NCBI GenBank assembly: GCA_964016885.1
Contig: OZ024744.1
Span: forward strand, 112,964,001-113,028,000
DNA length: 64,000 nucleotides
Source of the DNA: Eledone cirrhosa
Lineage: Eukaryota
Direction of reading: 5' to 3'
The notes under the pieces were generated by a model. It searched no databases. It had not been told where the DNA came from and saw only the letters and a list, made by a program, of their open reading frames with translations. Below, one piece after another: positions 41,101 through 53,100 of the stretch; the first letter of the stretch is position 1, and each line of letters starts with the position of its first letter. Both the position numbers and the translations under genes were made by a program.

Positions 41101-44100
41101 CTGGGGCACTACCTTGATATAGTCTACCATATCAGCCTCAGTACTGTTTTACTGGTGTCAGTCATTAGACTGTGGCCATACTGGGGCACTACCTTGATAT
41201 AGTCTACCATATCAACCTCAGTACTGTTTTACTGGTGTTAGTCATTAGACTGTGGCCATACTGGGGCACTACCTTGATATAGTCTACCATATCAACCTCA
41301 GTACTGTTTTACTGGTGTCAGTCATTAGACTGTGGCCATACTGGGGCACTACCTTGATATAGTCTACCATATCAACCTCACTACTCTTTTACTGGTGTCA
41401 GTCATTAGACTGTGGCCATACTGGGGCACTACCTTGATATAGTCTACCATATCAACCTCAGTACTGTTTTACTGGTGTCAGTCATTAGACTGTGGCCATA
41501 CTGGGGCACCACCTTGATATAGTCTACCATATCAACCTCAGTACTGTTTTACTGGTGTCAGTCATTAGACTGTGGCCATACTGGGGCACTACCTTGATAT
41601 AGTCTACCATATCAACCTCAGTACTGTTTTACTGGTGTCAGTCATTAGACTGTGGCCATACTGGGGCACTACCTTGATATAGTCTACCATATCAACCTCA
41701 GTACTGTTTTACTGGTGTCAGTCATTAGACTGTGGCCATACTGGGGCACTACCTTGATATAGTCTACCATATCAACCTCAGTACTGTTTTACTGGTGTCA
41801 GTCATTAGACTGTGGCCATACTGGGGCACTACCTTGATATAGTCTACCCTATCAACCTCACTACTGTTTTAATGGTGTCAGTCATTAGACTGTGGCCATA
41901 CTGGGGCACTACCTTGATATAGTCTACCATATCAACCTCAGTACTGTTTTACTGGTGTCAGTCATTAGACTGTGGCCATACTGGGGCACTACCTTGATAT
42001 AGTCTACCATATCAACCTCACTACTGTTTTACTGGTGTCAGTCATTAGACTGTGGCCATACTGGGGCACTACCTTGATATAGTCTACCATATCAACCTCA
42101 CTACTGTTTTACTGGTGTCAGTCATTAGACTGTGGCCATACTGGGGCACTACCTTGATATAGTCTACCATATCAACCTCACTACTGCTTTACTGGTGTCA
42201 GTCATTAGACTGTGGCCATACTGGGGCACCACCTTGATATAGTCTACCATATCAACCTCAGTACTGTTTTACTGGTGTCAGTCATTAGACTGTGGCCATA
42301 CTGGGGCACTACCTTGATATAGTCTACCATATCAACCTCAGTACTGTTTTACTGGTGTCAGTCATTAGACTGTGGCCATACTGGGGCACTACCTTGATAT
42401 AGTCTACTATATCAACCTCACTACTGTTTTACTGGTGTCAGTCATTAGACTGTGGCCATACTGGGGCACTACCTTGATATAGTCTACCATATCAACCTCA
42501 GTACTGTTTTACTGGTGTCAGTCATTAGACTGTGGCCATACTGGGGCACTACCTTGATATAGTCTACCATATCAACCTCACTACTGTTTTACTGGTGTCA
42601 GTCATTAGACTATGGCCATACTGGGGCACTACCTTGATATAGTCTACCATATCAACCTCAGTACTGTTTTACTGGTGTCAGTCATTAGACTGTGGCCATA
42701 CTGGGGCACTACCTTGATATAGTCTACCATATCAACCTCAGTACTGTTTTACTGGTGTCAGTCATTAGACTGTGGCCATACTGGGGCACCACCTTGATAT
42801 AGTCTACCATATCAACCTCAGTACTGTTTTACTGGTGTCAGTCATTAGACTGTGGCCATACTGGGGCACTACCTTGATATAGTCTACCATATCAACCTCA
42901 CTACTGTTTTACTGGTGTCAGTCATTAGACTGTGGCCATACTGGGGCACTACCTTGATATAGTCTACTATATCAACCTCAGTACTGTTTTACTGGTGTCA
43001 GTCATTAGACTGTGGCCATACTGGGGCACTACCTTGATATAGTCTACCATATCAACCTCACTACTGTTTTACTGGTGTCAGTCATTAGACTGTGGCCATA
43101 CTGGGGCACCACCTTGATATAGTCTACCATATCAACCTCAGTACTGTTTTAATGGTGTCAGTCATTAGACTGTGGCCACACTGGGGCACTACCTTGATAT
43201 AGTCTACCATATCAACCTCAGTACTGTTTTACTGGTGTCAGTCATTAGACTGTGGCCATACTGGGGCACTACCTTGATATAGTCTACCATATCAACCTCA
43301 GTACTGTTTTACTGGTGTCAGTCATTAGACTGTGGCCATACTGGGGCACTACCTTGATATAGTCTACCATATCAACCTCAGTACTGTTTTACTGGTGTCA
43401 GTCATTAGACTGTGGCCATACTGGGGCACTACCTTGATATAGTCTACCATATCAACCTCAGTACTGTTTTACTGGTGTCAGTCATTAGACTGTGGCCATA
43501 CTGGGGCACTACCTTGATATAGTCTACCATATCAACCTCACTACTGTTTTACTGGTGTCAGTCATTAGACTGTGGCCATACTGGGGCACTACCTTGATAT
43601 AGTCTACCATATCAGCCTCAGTACTGTTTTACTGGTGTCAGTCATTAGACTGTGGCCATACTGGGGCACTACCTTGATATAGTCTACCATATCAACCTCA
43701 GTACTGTTTTACTGGTGTTAGTCATTAGACTGTGGCCATACTGGGGCACTACCTTGATATAGTCTACCATATCAACCTCAGTACTGTTTTACTGGTGTCA
43801 GTCATTAGACTGTGGCCATACTGGGGCACTACCTTGATATAGTCTACCATATCAACCTCACTACTCTTTTACTGGTGTCAGTCATTAGACTGTGGCCATA
43901 CTGGGGCACTACCTTGATATAGTCTACCATATCAACCTCAGTACTGTTTTACTGGTGTCAGTCATTAGACTGTGGCCATACTGGGGCACTACCTTCATAT
44001 AGTCTACCATATCAACCTCAGTACTGTTTTACTGGTGTCAGTCAATAGACTGTGGCCATACTGGGGCACTACCTTGATATAGTCTACCATATCAACCTCA

Positions 44101-47100
44101 GTACTGTTTTACTGGTGTCAGTCATTAGATTGTGGCCATACTGGGGCACTACCTTGATATAGTCTACCATATCAACCTCACTACTGTTTTACTGGTGTCA
44201 GTCATTAGACTGTGGCCATACTGGGGCACTACCTTGATATAGTCTACCATATCAACCTCAGTACTGTTTTACTGGTGTCAGTCATTAGACTGTGGCCATA
44301 CTGGGGCACTACCTTGATATAGTCTACCATATCAACCTCAGTACTGTTTTACTGGTGTCAGTCATTAGATTGTGGCCATACTGGGGCACTACCTTGATAT
44401 AGTCTACCATATCAACCTCACTACTGTTTTACTGGTGTCAGTCATTAGACTGTGGCCATACTGGGGCACTACCTTGATATAGTCTACCATATCAACCTCA
44501 CTACTGTTTTACTGGTGTCAGTCATTAGACTGTGGCCATACTGGGGCACTACCTTGATATAGTCTACCATATCAACCTCAGTACTGTTTTACTGGTGTCA
44601 GTCATTAGATTGTGGCCATACTGGGGCACCACCTTGATATAGTCTACCATATCAACCTCAGTACTGTTTTACTGGTGTCAGTCATTAGACTGTGGCCATA
44701 CTGGGGCACTACCTTGATATAGTCTACCATATCAACCTCAGTACTGTTTTACTGTTGTCAGTCATTAGACTGTGCCCATACTGGGGCACTACCTTGATAT
44801 AGTCTACCATATCAACCTCAGTACTGTTTTACTGGTGTCAGTCATTAGACTGTGGCCATACTGGGGCACTACCTTGATATAGTCTACCATATCAACCTCA
44901 GTACTGTTTTTTTACTGGTGTCAGTAAATATACATATTTATGTTTAATATAAAGAATAGTGGGCCCATCTGAAGAGATGTTATAAAATAGGGTGACGACC
45001 CTCAAAGATGGAAAAAGACGTTACCATTGTCCGCTATGAGGAATATCTATATATAACAAGATCCTGCACAGTTTCCATCTACCAAATTCTATTTCGAAAG
45101 CATTTGTCAACCATGTGTAGAAGAAAGTTTCCCAAAATGCCACACAGTGGGACTGAGCCAGAAACCAGTTGGTTGTGAAGCAAACTGTTTAACACACAGT
45201 GGGACTGAGCCAGAAACCAGTTGGTTGTGAAGCAAACTGTTTAATACACAGCGGGACTGAGCCAAAAACCAGTTGGTTGTGAAGCAAACTGTTTAACACA
45301 CAGCGGGACTGAGCCAAAAACCAGTTGGTTGTGAAGCAAACTGTTTAACACACAGCAGGACTAAGCCAAAAACCAGTTGGTTGTGAAGCAAACTGTTTAA
45401 CACACAGCGGGACTGAGCCAGAAACCAGTTGGTTGTGAAGCAAACTGTTTAACACACAGCGGGACTGAGCCAAAAACCAGTTGGTTGTGAAGCAAACTGT
45501 TTAACACACAGCGGGACTGAGCCAAAAACCAGTTGGTTGTGAAGCAAACTGTTTAACACACAGCGGGACTGAGCCAAAAACCAGTTGGTTGTGAAGCAAA
45601 CTGTTTAACACACAGTGGGACTGAGCCAAAAACCAGTTGGTTGTGAAGCAAACTGTTTAACACACAGCGGGACTGAGCCCAAAACCAGTTGGTTGTGAAG
45701 CAAACTGTTTAACACACAGTGGGACTGAGCCAAAAACCAGTTGGTTGTGAAGCAAACTGTTTAACACACAGTGGGACTGAGCCAAAAACCAGTTGGTTGT
45801 GAAGCAAACTGTTTAACACACAGCAGGACTAAGCCAAAAACCAGTTGGTTGTGAAGCAAACTGTTTAACACACAGCGGGACTGAGCCAAAAACCAGTTGG
45901 TTGTGAAGCAAACTGTTTAACACACAGCGGGACTGAGCCCAAAACCAGTTGGTTGTGAAGCAAACTGTTTAACACACAGCGGGACTGAGCCAAAAACCAG
46001 TTGGTTGTGAAGCAAACTGTTTAACACACAGCGGGACTGAGCCAAAAACCAGTTGGTTGTGAAGCAAACTGTTTAACACACAGCGGGACTGAGCCAAAAA
46101 CCAGTTGGTTGTGAAGCAAACTGTTTAACACACAGCGGGACTGAGCCAAAAACCAGTTGGTTGTGAAGCAAACTGTTTAACACACAGCGGGACTGAGCCA
46201 AAAACCAGTTGGTTGTGAAGCAAACTGTTTAACACACAGCAGGACTAAGCCAAAAACCAGTTGGTTGTGAAGCAAACTGTTTAACACACAGCGGGACTGA
46301 GCCAAAAACCAGTTGGTTGTGAAGCAAACTGTTTAACACACAGTGGGACTGAGCCAAAAACCAGTTGGTTGTGAAGCAAACTGTTTAACACACAGTGGGA
46401 CTGAGCCAAAAACCAGTTGGTTGTGAAGCAAACTGTTTAACACACAGTGGGACTGAGCCAAAAACCAGTTGGTTGTGAAGCAAACTGTTTAACACACAGT
46501 GGGACTGAGCCAAAAACCAGTTGGTTGTGAAGCAAACTGTTTAACACACAGTGGGACTGAGCCAAAAACCAGTTGGTTGTGAAGCAAACTGTTTAACACA
46601 CAGCAGGACTAAGCCAAAAACCAGTTGGTTGTGAAGCAAACTGTTTAACACACAGCGGGACTGAGCCAAAAACCAGTTGGTTGTGAAGCAAACTGTTTAA
46701 CACACAGCGGGACTGAGCCAAAAACCAGTTGGTTGTGAAGCAAACTGTTTAACACACAGTGGGACTGAGCCAAAAACCAGTTGGTTGTGAAGCAAACTGT
46801 TTAACACACAGTGGGACTGAGCCAAAAACCAGTTGGTTGTGAAGCAAACTGTTTAACACACAGTGGGACTGAGCCAAAAACCAGTTGGTTGTGAAGCAAA
46901 CTGTTTAACACACAGTGGGACTGAGCCAAAAACCAGTTGGTTGTGAAGCAAACTGTTTAACACACAGTGGGACTGAGCCAAAAACCAGTTGGTTGTGAAG
47001 CAAACTGTTTAACACACAGCAGGACTAAGCCAAAAACCAGTTGGTTGTGAAGCAAACTGTTTAACACACAGCGGGACTGAGCCAAAAACCAGTTGGTTGT

Positions 47101-50100
47101 GAAGCAAACTGTTTAACACACAGCGGGACTGAGCCAAAAACCAGTTGGTTGTGAAGCAAACTGTTTAACACACAGTGGGACTGAGCCAAAAACCAGTTGG
47201 TTGTGAAGCAAACTGTTTAACACACAGTGGGACTGAGCCAAAAACCAGTTGGTTGTGAAGCAAACTGTTTAACACACAGTGGGACTGAGCCAAAAACCAG
47301 TTGGTTGTGAAGCAAACTGTTTAACACACAGTGGGACTGAGCCAAAAACCAGTTGGTTGTGAAGCAAACTGTTTAACACACAGTGGGACTGAGCCAAAAA
47401 CCAGTTGGTTGTGAAGCAAACTGTTTAACACACAGCAGGACTAAGCCAAAAACCAGTTGGTTGTGAAGCAAACTGTTTAACACACAGCGGGACTGAGCCA
47501 AAAACCAGTTGGTTGTGAAGCAAACTGTTTAACACACAGCGGGACTGAGCCAAAAACCAGTTGGTTGTGAAGCAAACTGTTTAACACACAGTGGGACTGA
47601 GCCAAAAACCAGTTGGTTGTGAAGCAAACTGTTTAACACACAGTGGGACTGAGCCAAAAACCAGTTGGTTGTGAAGCAAACTGTTTAACACACAGTGGGA
47701 CTGAGCCAAAAACCAGTTGGTTGTGAAGCAAACTGTTTAACACACAGTGGGACTGAGCCAAAAACCAGTTGGTTGTGAAGCAAACTGTTTAACACACAGT
47801 GGGACTGAGCCAAAAACCAGTTGGTTGTGAAGCAAACTGTTTAACACACAGCAGGACTAAGCCAAAAACCAGTTGGTTGTGAAGCAAACTGTTTAACACA
47901 CAGCGGGACTGAGCCAAAAACCAGTTGGTTGTGAAGCAAACTGTTTAACACACAGCGGGACTGAGCCAAAAACCAGTTGGTTGTGAAGCAAACTGTTTAA
48001 CACACAGTGGGACTGAGCCAAAAACCAGTTGGTTGTGAAGCAAACTGTTTAACACACAGTGGGACTGAGCCAAAAACCAGTTGGTTGTGAAGCAAACTGT
48101 TTAACACACAGCAGGACTAAGCCAAAAACCAGTTGGTTGTGAAGCAAACTGTTTAACACACAGCGGGACTGAGCCAAAAACCAGTTGGTTGTGAAGCAAA
48201 CTGTTTAACACACAGCGGGACTGAGCCCAAAACCAGTTGGTTGTGAAGCAAACTGTTTAACACACAGCAGGACTAAGCCAAAAACCAGTTGGTTGTGAAG
48301 CAAACTGTTTAACACACAGCGGGACTGAGCCAAAAACCAGTTGGTTGTGAAGCAAACTGTTTAACACACAGCAGGACTAAGCCAAAAACCAGTTGGTTGT
48401 GAAGCAAACTGTTTAACACACAGCGGGACTGAGCCAAAAACCAGTTGGTTGTGAAGCAAACTGTTTAACACACAGCGGGACTGAGCCCAAAACCAGTTGG
48501 TTGTGAAGCAAACTGTTTAACACACAGTGGGACTGAGCCAAAAACCAGTTGGTTGTGAAGCAAACTGTTTAACACACAGCGGGACTGAGCCCAAAACCAG
48601 TTGGTTGTGAAGCAAACTGTTTAACACACAGTGGGACTGAGCCAAAAACCAGTTGGTTGTGAAGCAAACTGTTTAACACACAGTGGGACTGAGCCAAAAA
48701 CCAGTTGGTTGTGAAGCAAACTGTTTAACACACAGCAGGACTAAGCCAAAAACCAGTTGGTTGTGAAGCAAACTGTTTAACACACAGCGGGACTGAGCCA
48801 AAAACCAGTTGGTTGTGAAGCAAACTGTTTAACACACAGCGGGACTGAGCCCAAAACCAGTTGGTTGTGAAGCAAACTGTTTAACACACAGCGGGACTGA
48901 GCCAAAAACCAGTTGGTTGTGAAGCAAACTGTTTAACACACAGCGGGACTGAGCCAAAAACCAGTTGGTTGTGAAGCAAACTGTTTAACACACAGTGGGA
49001 CTGAGCCAAAAACCAGTTGGTTGTGAAGCAAACTGTTTAACACACAGTGGGACTGAGCCAAAAACCAGTTGGTTGTGAAGCAAACTGTTTAACACACAGC
49101 AGGACTAAGCCAAAAACCAGTTGGTTGTGAAGCAAACTGTTTAACACACAGCGGGACTGAGCCAAAAACCAGTTGGTTGTGAAGCAAACTGTTTAACACA
49201 CAGCGGGACTGAGCCCAAAACCAGTTGGTTGTGAAGCAAACTGTTTAACACACAGCAGGACTAAGCCAAAAACCAGTTGGTTGTGAAGCAAACTGTTTAA
49301 CACACAGCGGGACTGAGCCAAAAACCAGTTGGTTGTGAAGCAAACTGTTTAACACACAGCAGGACTAAGCCAAAAACCAGTTGGTTGTGAAGCAAACTGT
49401 TTAACACACAGCGGGACTGAGCCAAAAACCAGTTGGTTGTGAAGCAAACTGTTTAACACACAGCGGGACTGAGCCCAAAACCAGTTGGTTGTGAAGCAAA
49501 CTGTTTAACACACAGTGGGACTGAGCCAAAAACCAGTTGGTTGTGAAGCAAACTGTTTAACACACAGTGGGACTGAGCCAAAAACCAGTTGGTTGTGAAG
49601 CAAACTGTTTAACACACAGCAGGACTAAGCCAAAAACCAGTTGGTTGTGAAGCAAACTGTTTAACACACAGCGGGACTGAGCCAAAAACCAGTTGGTTGT
49701 GAAGCAAACTGTTTAACACACAGCGGGACTGAGCCCAAAACCAGTTGGTTGTGAAGCAAACTGTTTAACACACAGCGGGACTGAGCCAAAAACCAGTTGG
49801 TTGTGAAGCAAACTGTTTAACACACAGCGGGACTGAGCCAAAAACCAGTTGGTTGTGAAGCAAACTGTTTAACACACAGCGGGACTGAGCCAAAAACCAG
49901 TTGGTTGTGAAGCAAACTGTTTAAACACACAGCGGGACTGAGCCAAAAACCAGTTGGTTGTGAAGCAAACTGTTTAACACACAGCGGGACTGAGCCAAAA
50001 ACCATTTGGTTGTGAAGCAAACTGTTTAAACACACAGCGGGACTGAGCCAAAAACCAGTTGGTTGTGAAGCAAACTGTTTAACACACAGCGGGACTGAGC

Positions 50101-53100
50101 CAAAAACCATTTGGTTGTGAAGCAAACTGTTTAAACACACAGCGGGACTGAGCCAAAAACCAGTTGGTTGTGAAGCAAACTGTTTAACACACAGCGGGAC
50201 TGAGCCAAAAACCATTTGGTTGTGAAGCAAACTGTTTAAACACACAGCGGGACTGAGCCAAAAACCAGTTGGTTGTGAAGCAAACTGTTTAAACACACAG
50301 CGGGACTGAGCCAAAAACCAGTTGGTTGTGAAGCAAACTGTTTAAACACACAGCGGGACTGAGCCAAAAACCAGTTGGTTGTGAAGCAAACTGTTTAACA
50401 CACAGCGGGACTGAGCCAAAAACCAGTTGGTTGTGAAGCAAACTGTTTAAACACAGCGGGACTGAGCCAAAAACCAGTTGGTTGTGAAGCAAACTGTTTA
50501 AACACACAGCGGGACTGAGCCAAAAACCAGTTGGTTGTGAAGCAAACTGTTTAACACTCAGCCATCATCATCATCTGCTTTTCCATCCTTGCAAATTTTT
50601 AAAAAAATGTATTTGTTATAATGTTTTATTATTTTAACATATGAATGTTGAATTGTTTCAGATATAAACGAGTGTAGTGGAAAGCCTTGTCAAAACCATG
50701 GCACGTGTATTGACAGACTCGATGGCTTCAGGTGTTTGTGTCCTGAAGGATGGAAAGGAAAAACCTGCAATTCAAGTAAGGGATCATAGTTAATTCTCAT
50801 CATTTTATTGGCTTAATTAACTTTATAAGTTTAACTAATCGGATTAGTTTAGGGATTAATTGACAGCTATAACTGTTGATTGTCCAGCCATAATATATAT
50901 CTACTCTCTACAACTGTATATACTCATATATAAGCTGAGACATATGAGACATATATAAATATTATAAAGAGTCAGAGTGGTGGGACTAGCAGCTGACAGG
51001 TATGTGACAAAAAGAGAGGTGAATATTACACCTGTTTCACTTTGGAGGGGAATATTACACCTGTTTCACTTTGGAAGGGAATATTACACCTGTTATACTT
51101 TGGTGGTCAATATTACACCTGTTTCACTTTGGAGGTGAATATTACACCTGTTTCACTTTGGAGGGGAATATTACACCTGTTTCACTTTGGAGGGGAATAT
51201 TACACCTGTTATACTTTGGTGGTCAATATTACACCTGTTTCACTTTGGAGGGGAATATTACACCTGTTTCACTTTGGAGGGGAATATTACACCTGTTATA
51301 CTTTGGTGGTGAATATTACACCTGTTTCACTTTGGAGGTGAATATTACACCTGTTATACTTTGGAGGGGAATATTACACCTGTTTCACTTTGGAGGTCAA
51401 TATTACACCTGTTTCACTTTGGAGGGGAATATTACACCTGTTTCACTTTGGAGGGGAATATTACACCTGTTTCACTTTGGAGGTCAATATTACACCTGTT
51501 TCACTTTGGAGGGGAATATTACACCTGTTTCACTTTGGAGGGGAATATAACACCTGTTTCACTTTGGAGGTCAATATTACACCTGTTATACTTTGGAGGT
51601 CAATATTACACCTGTTATACTTTGGTGGTCAATATTACACCTGTTATACTTTGGTGGTCAATATTACACCTGTTATACTTTGGAGGGGAATATTACACCT
51701 GTTTCACTTTGGAGGTCAATATTACACCTGTTTCACTTTGGAGGTGAATATTACACCTGTTTCACTTTGGAGGTGAATATTACACCTGTTTCACTTTGGA
51801 GGTGAATATTACACCTGTTTCACTTTGGTGGTCAATATTACACCTGTTATACTTTGGTGGTCAATATTACACATGTTTCACTTTGGAGGTCAATATTACA
51901 CCTGTTTCATTTTGGAGGTCAATATTACACCTGTTTCACTTTGGAGGTCAATATTACACCTGTTTCACTTTGGAGGGGAATATTACACCTGTTTCACTTT
52001 GGAGGTCAATATTAGACCTGTTTCACTTTGGAGGGGAATATTACACCTGTTTCACTTTGGAGGTCAATATTAGACCTGTTTCACTTTGGAGGGGAATATT
52101 ACACCTGTTTCACTTTGGAGGTCAATATTAGACCTGTTTCACTTTGGAGGGGAATCTTACATTGGTTTCACTTTTGATCTGAAATTCGTTTTTCTGATTG
52201 TTTTTTTAAATATGTTTTGAATGCTAGACTTTGAAATATTTTACTATCAGTACATCCATACATAGGTTTATATCTTTCTCAATATTTTAGTTGAAAAAAG
52301 ATATATTGTCAGAGTTATTATGAAGTACCTCAGTCTTGTAAGATGTATTGTAATGGTGACTCTAATTTCATTTCATCCCCTTCAAACACTCCCATAGTTT
52401 GGGACAACTTCTACATCCATTATTAGCAGAGAAAATAGCCAGAAAATTATGATGAAAATATTTGATATGGAGCAAATGTTTTGTTTACAGTTTTAAAATT
52501 ATGTTCAATTTTTTTTTTCCTTTTGTTTTTGAATGACAATTTTTTTTCTTCTAACCAGAAGTCGACCAATGTGATCCTTTCACATGTTCCAATGGAGGAA
52601 GTTGTCAGGATCTGGGAACATCATTTCAATGTCTTTGTCCAGATGGATTCTATGGAGATGCCTGTCAATTAGGTGAGAGATACCTGTTAATTACATAATA
52701 TCAACCTATCAATTAAGTGAGATGTACCTGTCACTTGTGGGAGATGTACCTGTCACTTGTGGGAGGTGTACCTGTCACTTGTGGGAGATGTACCCGTCAC
52801 TTGTGGGAGGTGTACCTGTCACTTGTGGGAGATGTACCTGTCACTTGTGGAAGATGTACCTGTCACTTGTGGGAGGTGTACCTGTCACTTGTGGGAGGTG
52901 TACCTGTCACTTGTGGAAGGTGTACCTGTCACTTGTGGGAGGTGTACCTGTCACTTGTGGGAGGTGTACCTGTCACTTGTGGGAGATGTACCTGTCACTT
53001 GTGGGAGATGTACCTGTCACTTGTGAGAGATGTACCTGTCACTTGTGGGAGATGTACCTGTCACTTGTGGGAGGTGTACCTGTCACTTGTGGGAGATGTA

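Noticed and set aside
38887-50562. CRISPR-like array
   Set aside because: Units are contiguous with no unique spacers, there are no cas genes, and the context is a eukaryotic intron.
51042-52131. Overlapping ORFs in all three frames
   Set aside because: Artefact of the 29-bp minisatellite.
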